Positions 36,633 through 46,468 of a stretch of DNA of 64,000 nucleotides are shown here, piece after piece. The notes under the pieces were generated by a model. That model made no database searches. It was not told the origin of the DNA and was given only the letters and a program-made list of their open reading frames with translations. The stretch's first letter is position 1. The number at the start of each line of letters is the position of its first letter. Source of the stretch: a candidate division WOR-3 bacterium (lineage in GTDB: Bacteria; Hydrothermota; Tepidihabitantia; Tepidihabitantales; Tepidihabitantaceae). A program made the position numbers and the translations under genes. The stretch covers positions 3,810-67,809 of the forward strand of contig CBFGIT010000011.1 in assembly GCA_965648905.1 (NCBI GenBank), in the 5' to 3' direction.

Positions 36633-39329
36633 ATGTATCGAGCCGCTGTGTTCGCAACAATCGTAGTGCTGTCCGCTTTCCTGCCGCTTGAGGCAGCAGA
36701 GCCGGCTTACGGGCCGAGCCGAAGGGGAAGCGTCTGTCAGTTGTTGAAGCAACGCCTGCCCCCCTGGTATCCTGCCTGGCCAAGCGAGGCAACCGGTCGA
36801 GCACGTCCGCGGTCAGGCCCGAAGGCAGAGCCGGCAGGCCGGTTCGGCGATGCGTTCATGATTGACACCGGACTGGTGCTCGGCCCGGCGATGGGCAGCC
36901 AGCATTCGTACGGCGTAGCATCGAACGGTGAGGGTTGGTTGGTAATGTGGAATGATACCAGGGACTATTCCATGCGGACCGCACGCGTCGGGCCAGACTG
37001 CTCGCTGCGTGACACGAACGGAGTCATCATCGGCCATTCCCAGTCGTACACAACCGGCATTACCCGGGCTTTGGCCGGGACCGGGCCCGGTTTCATTGCG
37101 GTCTGGGTTGGCGGCGACCCATGGATGGGTGATGTCTGGGCCGCGCGGCTCGACTCAACCGGCAGACCGATTGATTCCTTCCTTGTCTATGAGGCAGACT
37201 TCAGGCAGCAGCAGGCAGCACTTGCTTTTGACGGCGACTCGGTCTGTCTGGTGGTCTGGTCCGCAGACGCGGGCGAGTATCTGTCCAATATCTATGCCGC
37301 GCGGGTGACAACGAGCGGCCGCGTGCTCGACCCGGAGCCGTTCCCGGTGGCGCAGCAGCCCGACCTGGACGAATCCGGCCCTGCAGTCGCGTACGGCAAC
37401 GGGGTATTTCTTGTGGCGTGGCAGCAGTTCGACACGGTCAACTACGAGGCTCATGTCAAGGCAATCCGGGTCTCGCGCTCCGGCACTCTGCTCGACACTG
37501 CCTTCTTCCTGCATCGCGACCCTGGGATGATGCAGGCCTACCCGGCCCTCGCCTTCGGCGACACCTGTTTCCTTGCGACCTGGGCCGAGGGTTGGGATGA
37601 GCCGGACGTGTACGCGGCCCGGGTCACTGGGTCCGGCCGCATACTTGACCCGGAAGGCGTGCGGCTGAGCAACACCACCAACTACGACCTGTTCCCGTCC
37701 GCAGCCTTCGACGGCAACCGTTACCTTGTCGCCTGGACCGAGCTGGACTGGACCAGCGACCAGGTCGAGCTGCGCGCTCGGCGTGTGACCACAGCCGGTG
37801 TACCCCTTGACTCCGGACTCATCCGGGTGTCAGTCGGCGGCCGCATGTGTTTCTTCCCCAGCGTGGCTGCGGACCGTGCGAACTACCTTATCGGTTTCGA
37901 CACTGAGGACACGCTGACCGGTGACGGTGACGTCTGCTGTGCGCGCATCAACTTCTCCGGCGTGGTCCTTGACACCGGCCTGCTCCTGCCCCTGGGCGGA
38001 CAGGAGCAGTTCGGCCCGCGTGGAGCTTTTGACGGCGAGAACTTCCTCGCGGCGTGGCTGGAGTCGAGCAAAGACGGCTATCGGATTGAAGGCGCCCGGG
38101 TGCGTCCGGACCGCACGGTGCTTGACCCAACCGGGTTTGCGGTCTGCGATGCGGCCGGATACAAGTACAGTCTCGCGGCCGGGACTGCGGACTCACTCAT
38201 GCTCGTCGCGTGGGCCGACCAGCGGAATGGCGAAGACGACATCTACTGCGCCCGGGTGACGCGCGACGGCAGGTCGCTTGACCTGGACGGCATCGTGGTC
38301 TGTGACGAAATGGGCTACGAGGGAACACCCGGCGTCGGGTCTGACGGCTCGAACTTTCTTGTCGTCTGGCAGGACTATCGGAATGGGTGGGACTACGACA
38401 TCTACGCGGCCCGGATCAGACCTGATGGAACCGTACTCGACCCGGACGGGTTCGCGGTCACGGCCGACACCAACAACGCAACCAATCCGGCTGTCAGCTT
38501 CACGGGCAGCAACTATTTAGTGGTCTGGGAAGAATCGAATCAGACAACCTGGGAAACGGATATCTACGGTGCGCTTGTCAGCCCGGCCGGGACGATTACC
38601 AGACCGCGATTCCCTGTTAGCGTCGGAAACGGTGACCGGCGGATGCCGACCGTCGCCCGCGGGCCGGACAACCTGCTTGTTGCGTGGCAGGACAGTCGCA
38701 TCTCCGGCGGAAGCGACATCTACGCGACCCGGATGCGGCCCGACGGCACCGTGCTCGACCCGAACGGCCGCCGGATCGCCTGGACCAGCTACTACGAAGA
38801 GATGCCGCGCGCGGTGTTCAGCAACGGCAACTTCCTTCTGCTCTGGCGATGCTCGGGCACGGACACCGCGTTCGTTGCCGGTGCTGAAGTGGACACGGCC
38901 GGCAACGTCGTGCGTCGGTTTGAACTTACGGACCTGCCGCCGATGTACGGGTTCGATGTGGTGGCAGGGACCGGTTCGGAACCGCTGCTCCTGTTCGACT
39001 GCTGGACCGACACCGCGTACGGCCGGACGTACGACAACCAGCGGGTCTGGGGCAGATTCGGCCCGTTCATCGGCCTGGCCGAAGCCCCTGCGCCGCACGC
39101 CATGCGTCGCCCGCCCGGCCCGACCATCCTCCGCGGTATCCTCAATCTGCAATCTGCAACTTGCAATCTGCACTCTGAAACGGTCCTGCTCGACATCTCT
39201 GGTCGGAAGGTGCTCGACCTCGCGCCCGGTCCGAACGACGTGTCGCGCCTTGCAGCCGGTGTCTATTTCCTCGACACACCGGGATCCGAAAGGCCATCAC
39301 CAACTGGCAAAGTGGTAATACTAGAATGA
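36633..39329 (+). CDS. large secreted repeat protein (about 13 copies of an ~55-aa unit) with T9SS-type C-terminal domain
   Basis: Start moved to MYRAAVFATIVVLSAF (signal peptide, strong SD). Repeat consensus is P.vAfdG.n.LVvW.D.R.g..DIYaARv...G.vLDP.G. C-terminus is ILRGIL ... LAPGPNDVSRLAAGVYFL. Confidence 0.7.
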   Translation: MYRAAVFATIVVLSAFLPLEAAEPAYGPSRRGSVCQLLKQRLPPWYPAWPSEATGRARPRSGPKAEPAGRFGDAFMIDTGLVLGPAMGSQHSYGVASNGEGWLVMWNDTRDYSMRTARVGPDCSLRDTNGVIIGHSQSYTTGITRALAGTGPGFIAVWVGGDPWMGDVWAARLDSTGRPIDSFLVYEADFRQQQAALAFDGDSVCLVVWSADAGEYLSNIYAARVTTSGRVLDPEPFPVAQQPDLDESGPAVAYGNGVFLVAWQQFDTVNYEAHVKAIRVSRSGTLLDTAFFLHRDPGMMQAYPALAFGDTCFLATWAEGWDEPDVYAARVTGSGRILDPEGVRLSNTTNYDLFPSAAFDGNRYLVAWTELDWTSDQVELRARRVTTAGVPLDSGLIRVSVGGRMCFFPSVAADRANYLIGFDTEDTLTGDGDVCCARINFSGVVLDTGLLLPLGGQEQFGPRGAFDGENFLAAWLESSKDGYRIEGARVRPDRTVLDPTGFAVCDAAGYKYSLAAGTADSLMLVAWADQRNGEDDIYCARVTRDGRSLDLDGIVVCDEMGYEGTPGVGSDGSNFLVVWQDYRNGWDYDIYAARIRPDGTVLDPDGFAVTADTNNATNPAVSFTGSNYLVVWEESNQTTWETDIYGALVSPAGTITRPRFPVSVGNGDRRMPTVARGPDNLLVAWQDSRISGGSDIYATRMRPDGTVLDPNGRRIAWTSYYEEMPRAVFSNGNFLLLWRCSGTDTAFVAGAEVDTAGNVVRRFELTDLPPMYGFDVVAGTGSEPLLLFDCWTDTAYGRTYDNQRVWGRFGPFIGLAEAPAPHAMRRPPGPTILRGILNLQSATCNLHSETVLLDISGRKVLDLAPGPNDVSRLAAGVYFLDTPGSERPSPTGKVVILE
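39145..39179 (+). repeat. second copy of the heptanucleotide tandem (AATCTGC AATCTGC AACTTGC AATCTGC ACTCTGA)
   Basis: Read directly from the sequence. It is in the same position of the sorting domain as 35803-35837. Confidence 0.7.
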
Positions 39330-39344
39330 ATTAGGGAGGAAATC

Positions 39345-40733
39345 ATGTCACGCAGGGCAGTCCCAATACTTGCTGTCCTGATCTGTAGCGGTCTTCTTGC
39401 TGAACCGCCTGATACGCTCTGGCTGCGTCTGTTCGGCGGTGAGGAAGATGAATGGGGTTGGTGGGTTGAAGAATGCCATGACGGCGGGTTTGTTCTCACC
39501 GGCTGGTCAAACTCCTATCCGCCGCGAAGCATGTGTGGTTATCTAGTCCGTACCGACAGTCTCGGTCGTGAGCTCTGGCATCGCGTCCTGAACTTCCGCA
39601 CCGGCGACATCTGTCAGACCTATTGCGTTCGCCAAACTCACGACAACGGCTACGTCGTTCTTGGGTACACCAACTATTACTCCTACGATGCCGTTCTCTG
39701 GCGCTTCGACAGTTCGGGTAACGAGCTGTGGCGGAACCACTACGGCGGTAGCAGTACCGAAGCCGACTACCTGTTGGAGGTGGCCGAGACTCCCGATAAC
39801 GGCTTCATCGCCACTGGTTACCGCTATGACGGTTCAGACTACAACCTCTACCTGCTCAAGACCGACCCGGCCGGTAACGTTGACTGGGATAAGTTGTACG
39901 GCCGGCCGGCGTACTACGAGAAGGGCGAGGCGGTCATCAACACCGCTGACGGTGGCTACGCGGTTGCCGGTACTCAGAGCAGCGGCATCTGGCTCCTACG
40001 GCTGAACCAGAACGGCGACACGCTTTGGACCAGAGGTTTCGGCTCTGGCGTCTCCTTCGTCTTTTCGCTGATTGGTACTCCGGACAGCGGTTTCGTGCTT
40101 GCTGGAAGTGTCGCCCGCGGTTCCTACAGTGACGGCTACATCGTCCGCATTCGGGCCAACGGTGACACTGTCTGGACACGAAGAGTCGGCACCTATGAAT
40201 TGGACGAGAAGTTCTGTTCGGTTGCACCGACTACTGACGGAGGGTTCGTCTGCGGCGGCTGGCACTATCCCCATCCCAACGACATCAACATCTGGCTGGT
40301 CAGATTCAACTCTGCCGGCGACACACTCTGGACCGCCAGCTACGGCACCGACTCAGGCTACGATTACTGTTACTCGGCGCAGGAAGTATCAACGGGCGGT
40401 TACATCCTCTGCGGCCGAACCGACTGGCAGACAGCGGGCAGGTATGACATCTGTCTTCTCCGCACTGACGCCGGCGCGGGAATCGAGGAAACGCCGAGCG
40501 CCGAAGTCCGAACGCCGAACCGCGGAGCAACCATCGTCCGCGGCGTGCTTCAGACGGCGACTTGCGAAGGGCGAACGGCGAATGGCGTTCTCGTTGATGC
40601 GATGGGCCGCAAGGTCCTCGACCTTGTGCCCGGCCCGAACGACGTCTCGCGTCTCGCGCCGGGGGTCTACTTCGTCCGTTCGTTAGTCGCCAATCGTCGA
40701 TTGCCAGCATCCAAAATCATGATCGCCAAGTAG
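39345..40733 (+). CDS. secreted seven-repeat (propeller-like) protein with T9SS-type C-terminal domain
   Basis: Seven units centred on (H/P/T)DGG(F/Y)v..G, each followed by G..lW...yG. Signal peptide and C-terminus IVRGVL ... LVPGPNDVSRLAPGVYFV. Confidence 0.65.
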   Translation: MSRRAVPILAVLICSGLLAEPPDTLWLRLFGGEEDEWGWWVEECHDGGFVLTGWSNSYPPRSMCGYLVRTDSLGRELWHRVLNFRTGDICQTYCVRQTHDNGYVVLGYTNYYSYDAVLWRFDSSGNELWRNHYGGSSTEADYLLEVAETPDNGFIATGYRYDGSDYNLYLLKTDPAGNVDWDKLYGRPAYYEKGEAVINTADGGYAVAGTQSSGIWLLRLNQNGDTLWTRGFGSGVSFVFSLIGTPDSGFVLAGSVARGSYSDGYIVRIRANGDTVWTRRVGTYELDEKFCSVAPTTDGGFVCGGWHYPHPNDINIWLVRFNSAGDTLWTASYGTDSGYDYCYSAQEVSTGGYILCGRTDWQTAGRYDICLLRTDAGAGIEETPSAEVRTPNRGATIVRGVLQTATCEGRTANGVLVDAMGRKVLDLVPGPNDVSRLAPGVYFVRSLVANRRLPASKIMIAK

Positions 40734-40742
40734 GAGGCATAA

Positions 40743-43322
40743 ATGCGTTCGTCGACAATGCTCCGGGTGGTGATACTCGGTACGGCCGTTTCGGTCGCGC
40801 GCGCAGGCCCGCTTCCGCCGCCCGCTGTCCTCATCGACTCCGCGGTGGCTTTCGTCCGTTCTGACCGCGACCAGAGAAACCCGGCCGCGGCATTCGATGG
40901 GTCGAACTGGCTGGTGGTCTGGGAAGACAAACGCGGTGACGACGAGGCGATCTGGGGTGCCAGATTCTCAGCGGCCGGAGTACTGCTTGACTCCGCCAAC
41001 ATATGCATTGCCGACGACACCGAGGAACGAACTCAACCCAAGGTGGCATTCAACGGCACCTGCTTTCTCGTGGTCTGGCAGGATGGCCGCAACCGTTCCT
41101 ACGACATCTACGGTGCGAGGGTGACTCCGGCCGGGGCCTTGCTCGACCCGGATGGGTTCATGATCTCGCGGTCCGACCAATCCGATATATACCCAACGGT
41201 CGCGAGTTCGGGGTCGGATTTCTTGGTCGCCTGGGAAGACCATCGCAACTCCGGCAATGACGAAGACATCTACGCCGCCAGAGTCATCGGGTCCGGCGTG
41301 GTACTCGACACCGTCAACATCGCGGTTTCGACCGCCCGGGCCAGACAGGAGAACGTCGTCGTGACCGGCTACAGCGGTGGCTACCTCCTGGCCTGGACGG
41401 ACTTCCGGAACGAGGCGACGACGGGCGAGGACGTATATGTCGCCCGAGTCAGCTCTGCCGGCAGCGTGCTCGACCCTGACGGCATCGCGGTGTCGTGTCT
41501 GTCCCAGACTCAGCACTGCCCGCAGTCGGCCTCGGACGGCACAAACTGCCTCGTTGTCTGGGAAGACTATCGTAATGCGAGCGGCGACATCTACGGCGCG
41601 CGCGTTTCCAATGCCGGTGTGGTGCTCGACCCGTCCGGCCTGCCCATTCACGCGTCGAGTACCTTCTGGCAGGGCGACCCGTCCGTGGCTTACACCGGAA
41701 GTCAGTTTCTTGTCGTCTGGGAAGACGATAGCGTGACCGGCGGCGGTAATTGCGACATCCTAGCCTCGCGCGTGACGACCACGGGACAGGTCCTTGACCC
41801 ATCGGGCTTGGTCGTGACATCGGCGCCCGCGAACGAATACTACCCGGCCATCGTCCGGGGCGGCTCGAATCTCCTCGTCGCCTGGCAGGACTACCGTAAC
41901 GGCGAGGACCCCGATATCTACGCGACTCGCGTCAGTCTCGACGGCGCGCGGCTCGATACTGCCGACGTGATGCTCTCGCGCATCATGTATGCTTATGAGC
42001 AATTCACCCCGGCCGCTGCTTTTGATGGAGCGAACTTCCTGACGGTCTGGTCCGACCTGCGCACCTGCCAACAGCAGGTCTTCGGCGCGCGGATTACCCC
42101 CGGCGGGACACTGCTCGACCCCGGCGGTTTCTACATCGGTACCAACCCGTTCACGACGATTCCTGTGCCGGCGCTTGCTTTCGGGACGAGCAACTACTTG
42201 GTGGCGATTAACGGCGGTCTGAACAACTTCGTGGTTGAGGCCGCGCGGGTGACGCCCGCCGGCGGTGTTCTCGATACCAACTGGCTCTACACCGCCATCT
42301 CCGGCCGGGACGGCACTCCGCCCGCGGTCGCCTCCGACGGCAGCAACTGGCTGATTGTCGCCGCCTTCAAGGACTTTGGCAACCAGTACAACGTCCAGGG
42401 TGTGCGCATCGCGCCCTGCGGCACACGGCTGGACTCTACTCCGTTCCGCATCGCGTACGGCCCGCGCGACATGTGCTACCCAGCAGCCACGTTCGGGCTG
42501 CAGAACTATCTCGCGGTCTGGCAGGACTTCCGGAGCAGTCTGACGTACGACATCTACGGCGCGCGTATCAGCACCGATGGGGCTGTGCTCGATTCGGGAA
42601 TTGCCATCTCAACCGCAGCCACCAGCCAATACGCGCCTTCGGTTGCATTTGACGGGACCAACTGGCTGGTCACATGGCAGGACAACCGCAATGGCGGAGA
42701 GCGCGAGCTCTTCGGCACGCGGGTCAGTCAGTCGGGCACGGTCCTTGACCCAAGCGGGATAAGGATAGGCTCATGCCCGGACAACTACGAAGACGCGGCG
42801 GCCCTTGCCTTCGACGGCACGAACTACTTCGCAGTCTGGCAGTGGCGGAACTGTGGTAACGGCGACCTGTGGGGGGCGCGCATCAGCCCGGCCGGAGTTG
42901 TGATTGACACCTTCCCGGTCTGCACCGCGCCGGAGTATCAGGCAACACCCGCGGTCGCTGTCGGCGCCGGCGGGACCAAATTCGTCTCCTATTCCGGCTA
43001 TGTTTCGACCCTGCACGGTTACCCGGCAGAGAAAATGCGCATCTGGGCCGGCATCTACCCGTTCTACGGAATCAGCGAAACGATGAACGATGAAAGCGGA
43101 ACGACGAAAGTCGGGCCAACCATCGTGCGCGGTGTGCTTCAGATGGCGACTGGCGAAGAGCGAAAAGCGAATGGCGTCCTGCTTGACGTCGCGGGCCGCA
43201 CGGCGCTGGACCTGAAGCCCGGCCCGAACGACGTCTCCCATCTCACGTCGGGGGTGTACTTCGTCCGGATGGTGGACGGCGATGAACGATCGGTCAACCC
43301 CAAGGTTGTGGTCACGCAGTAG
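40743..43322 (+). CDS. large secreted repeat protein, paralogue of 36633..39329, with T9SS-type C-terminal domain
   Basis: About 13 copies of the same unit (e.g. FLVVWQDGRNRSYDIYGARVTPAGALLDPDG). Signal peptide and C-terminus IVRGVL ... LKPGPNDVSHLTSGVYFV. Confidence 0.7.
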   Translation: MRSSTMLRVVILGTAVSVARAGPLPPPAVLIDSAVAFVRSDRDQRNPAAAFDGSNWLVVWEDKRGDDEAIWGARFSAAGVLLDSANICIADDTEERTQPKVAFNGTCFLVVWQDGRNRSYDIYGARVTPAGALLDPDGFMISRSDQSDIYPTVASSGSDFLVAWEDHRNSGNDEDIYAARVIGSGVVLDTVNIAVSTARARQENVVVTGYSGGYLLAWTDFRNEATTGEDVYVARVSSAGSVLDPDGIAVSCLSQTQHCPQSASDGTNCLVVWEDYRNASGDIYGARVSNAGVVLDPSGLPIHASSTFWQGDPSVAYTGSQFLVVWEDDSVTGGGNCDILASRVTTTGQVLDPSGLVVTSAPANEYYPAIVRGGSNLLVAWQDYRNGEDPDIYATRVSLDGARLDTADVMLSRIMYAYEQFTPAAAFDGANFLTVWSDLRTCQQQVFGARITPGGTLLDPGGFYIGTNPFTTIPVPALAFGTSNYLVAINGGLNNFVVEAARVTPAGGVLDTNWLYTAISGRDGTPPAVASDGSNWLIVAAFKDFGNQYNVQGVRIAPCGTRLDSTPFRIAYGPRDMCYPAATFGLQNYLAVWQDFRSSLTYDIYGARISTDGAVLDSGIAISTAATSQYAPSVAFDGTNWLVTWQDNRNGGERELFGTRVSQSGTVLDPSGIRIGSCPDNYEDAAALAFDGTNYFAVWQWRNCGNGDLWGARISPAGVVIDTFPVCTAPEYQATPAVAVGAGGTKFVSYSGYVSTLHGYPAEKMRIWAGIYPFYGISETMNDESGTTKVGPTIVRGVLQMATGEERKANGVLLDVAGRTALDLKPGPNDVSHLTSGVYFVRMVDGDERSVNPKVVVTQ

Positions 43323-43328
43323 CACAGC

Positions 43329-45653
43329 GTGAATCGCTGCATCGCATCGGCTCTGCTGCTTGTGGCTGCGACCGCAGCTCAGCAGGTCGAGCGCGAGGTG
43401 TTTCTGCCCGACAGCTTTGTCGGCCCGGAGTACCCGAACACAGTCTGCGTCGTGAGCTGGCAATCAACAGACAAGGTCTATGTCGGCGGCCATGGTGCGA
43501 TTCCTGCCATCATGTCGTTCGACCCGCTGACTCGGGCCCGCAACTCGCGCCGGGCGATGGCTGAAAACACCGAGTTGCTGCTTGCTCAGCCCGACGGGCC
43601 GCTGGTCTTCGCCCTCGGCCGGCACCGGCTCACGGTCGTTGATGGGGTGCGGGATTCGGTTGTGGCCGAGGTCGAATACGGTGATGGGCCCGGACTTGCC
43701 GTGCTCGACCCAGCCCGGCAAAGGGTCTATGTGGCGGACCAACTGTACGGCTCGATTGCGCATTACGACTACTCAGCCAGCCGGCTCAACTCCATCGCTG
43801 TGCCGTTGACTCCGACCGCGCTCTGCATCGCCGGTCTGGCAGACCGGCTCTTTGTTGCCGGACGCCAGGACACGGTCGCGGCCATCAGCCTGTCCGGCGA
43901 TTCGCTCGTCCGCCTGATTGGCGTCGGGGATGAACCTTCGGCGCTTGTCTACGACCCGACCGACAACCACCTCTACTGTGCCAATCGGCTCGGCAACTCA
44001 GTTTCGGTGATAGACTGCGGGCAGGATTCGGTCGTCGGCAGCGTCTGGGTTGGAGCCGGGCCAGTCGCCCTGGCGCTGCACCGGGCAAGGAACCGGTTGT
44101 ACTGCGCAGACCGGACCGCCTCCTGCATCGCGGTCGTTGACATCGCCAGCCTGTCGCTCGTGGACCTGATTCCGGTCAACCAGCCGGTGACGCTGCTCTG
44201 CGACACAGTGCGTGACCGGCTCTACTGCGGCACGATGGGAAGCGAACTCGTGGTCGTTGACTGCCGGGCAGACACGGTCTGTGCTCGTCTGACAGTCGGC
44301 GAGGAGTGCAGCGCTCTGGCCCGGCTCGGGCAGGCTGTGTTCTCTGCCGGGTATGCCGGCGGCACGGTCAGTGTGATTGTGGGAGATTCGGTTGTTGCGG
44401 TTGTGCCGGCAGCAACCGCGGGCCCGCGCACCGCCCTTGTCTGCCGGAGCAAGCTCTACATTGCTGAAGAACGACTGGGCCACGTGACCGTACTTGCCCT
44501 GCCCGGATTCGAGCCGCTCGCCCGCGTCCAGACCGGCAGAAAACCCCGCGCCCTGTGCCGGGGGCCGAACTCGGAACGCGTGTACGTCGCCTGCTTTGGC
44601 GACAGCACAGTCTGGGCAATTGATGCGGCCTCAGATACTGTCGTCGGTCGCGTCGTGGTCGGCAATGCGCCCTGTCACATCGCTCTTGACTCAGTCGGCG
44701 CGAAACTGTACTGCGCGAACTTCGGCTCGGCCGACGTCGCGGTGCTTGACTGCCGGGGTGACTCGCTGCTCTACCGCCGGGCTTTCGGCCGGGCCTGCCG
44801 TCGCCTGGCCTACAACCACGTCAACCGCAAGGTCTATGGTGCATGTCACGATTCGCGGACGATTGAGGTCATCAACTGTGTCAGTGATTCGGTCGTGGCC
44901 CGGATTCCGACTTCGGCTCCACCCTGGACCGTGGTCTGTGACGCCACCGACAACCTGGTCTATTCGGGCACAAGCTGGGGCGGCCCGGTGATTGCCGGTG
45001 CGACCGACTCGGTGGTGGGTGACATCGGCGAGGCATTCTACGTCAAAGGACTATGCTGGGATTCAGCCGCGAATCGCATCTACATGGCGAACAACTACTC
45101 AAGCGCCGTGCTCGGCATCGACGGCCCGACCCACACTGTGGTCCGGCAGCTCGCGGTCAATGCTCTGCCCGCGGACCTGACCTGGTCAGCACACTCGGGT
45201 TTGAGCTATCTGTGTCATAACCGTGCGGGACGAATCACTGACCAGGTCACGGTCATCGGGCGCGACAGCGTGGTCACCGAGCTTGGGGTCCGGCCCAGCC
45301 CGGTCGAAGCGATTGCCGACCCGGAGCGGCAGCGGGTCTATGTACTCAACTGGGAGTCGAGCTGCATCGCAGTTATCGCCGACGGCCCGACCGACATCAG
45401 AGAGACAGAGCAGCAAGCGGTCCGAACACCGACTACCCCAACCATCACCCACGGCAGGCTGTTCCTCGGCGCGGGACATAACCCGATTCCGGCCGGGGAA
45501 TCGGGATTGTGTCCCAAGCCCGTGCTGCTCGACGCCTGCGGGCGCAAGGTCGCAGACCTTGTGCCGGGCAACAACGACATTCGTCACCTCGCGCCCGGTG
45601 CCTACGTCGTCTACTCTGCACCTGGCACCCTCAAGGTCGTGCTGCAACGCTGA
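43329..45653 (+). CDS. large YVTN-family beta-propeller repeat protein with T9SS-type C-terminal domain
   Basis: Many ...RLYCA.....VAVID......V..I.VG..P units. GTG start with a signal peptide. C-terminus is LVPGNNDIRHLAPGAYVV. Confidence 0.7.
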   Translation: MNRCIASALLLVAATAAQQVEREVFLPDSFVGPEYPNTVCVVSWQSTDKVYVGGHGAIPAIMSFDPLTRARNSRRAMAENTELLLAQPDGPLVFALGRHRLTVVDGVRDSVVAEVEYGDGPGLAVLDPARQRVYVADQLYGSIAHYDYSASRLNSIAVPLTPTALCIAGLADRLFVAGRQDTVAAISLSGDSLVRLIGVGDEPSALVYDPTDNHLYCANRLGNSVSVIDCGQDSVVGSVWVGAGPVALALHRARNRLYCADRTASCIAVVDIASLSLVDLIPVNQPVTLLCDTVRDRLYCGTMGSELVVVDCRADTVCARLTVGEECSALARLGQAVFSAGYAGGTVSVIVGDSVVAVVPAATAGPRTALVCRSKLYIAEERLGHVTVLALPGFEPLARVQTGRKPRALCRGPNSERVYVACFGDSTVWAIDAASDTVVGRVVVGNAPCHIALDSVGAKLYCANFGSADVAVLDCRGDSLLYRRAFGRACRRLAYNHVNRKVYGACHDSRTIEVINCVSDSVVARIPTSAPPWTVVCDATDNLVYSGTSWGGPVIAGATDSVVGDIGEAFYVKGLCWDSAANRIYMANNYSSAVLGIDGPTHTVVRQLAVNALPADLTWSAHSGLSYLCHNRAGRITDQVTVIGRDSVVTELGVRPSPVEAIADPERQRVYVLNWESSCIAVIADGPTDIRETEQQAVRTPTTPTITHGRLFLGAGHNPIPAGESGLCPKPVLLDACGRKVADLVPGNNDIRHLAPGAYVVYSAPGTLKVVLQR

Positions 45654-45672
45654 TTGTCTGCCAAACTGCCGG

Positions 45673-46335
45673 TCAGCGGCCGGCGACTTCACGGGCCACG
45701 CGGTCCGCGGTCTTCGTGACGCCCGCGATGATGGCGCTCGAGCTCTTTGTCGCCAGCGTGACGGCATCAATGCTGTCAGGCCGGGCCGGGTCATAGTCCA
45801 GCAGGCGTTCGAGCAGGCCTTGTCTGACAACGAGTTCAAGATAGGCTGGCGTCTCCTGGTTGTCGAGAAGATAGATGCGCCTGGGGCGAGCCTGGGCATC
45901 GAGGAGCACCTGCATCGGAACCGGGCCAGCGTAACCTGCAGCAGTGGTCCCGGCTGAGTCGGAGTAGACCGAGTATCCGAGTACTTTCTGACTTCGGTCC
46001 AAGACAAACTCTATCGGGAAAGGGTTAGCTCGGTGTTCCACCGACCAGGCATCGGGGAAGGTTTTGACTATTGCCTGAGGTAGCTCAGCCTGGGCCGGCT
46101 CGCGCCGGGCTGTGGTCTGGGGTACGGCGGGCGGTGGTTCTGGCCTCTTTGCTGCCGTCGTGTCCAGCGCCGGTGCGGTTTCCGGAACCGTCGGTCTCGG
46201 CCGGTCTTCAGCCAGCCGCGACCGGTCTGGCACCGCGGGCCGGGAGCCACAGCCGGCACCAATCAGCAACAGGGTTAGCCCGAGCCGGAAAGTGAACGAA
46301 GGACGCATCATGGTTGTTTCAGAGTATCTCCACAT
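45673..46335 (-). CDS. lipoprotein with an FMN-binding (FMN_bind) domain
   Basis: Lipobox LLIGAGC. DAVTLATKSSSAI resembles the D.vSGAT.SS flavinylation motif. Confidence 0.55.
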   Translation of the reverse strand: MWRYSETTMMRPSFTFRLGLTLLLIGAGCGSRPAVPDRSRLAEDRPRPTVPETAPALDTTAAKRPEPPPAVPQTTARREPAQAELPQAIVKTFPDAWSVEHRANPFPIEFVLDRSQKVLGYSVYSDSAGTTAAGYAGPVPMQVLLDAQARPRRIYLLDNQETPAYLELVVRQGLLERLLDYDPARPDSIDAVTLATKSSSAIIAGVTKTADRVAREVAGR

Positions 46336-46468
46336 AGGCCGGCCAGGTCAATTCCGGCGTGCGCTTGACAACCGGCCTGACCCGGCTACAATAGAGCAAC
46401 GGTGAGGGCATCTATCTCCCATTCGTCAATGTCTGAAAACGAACTGCCTCGGCAGAAGGAAGCGACCG

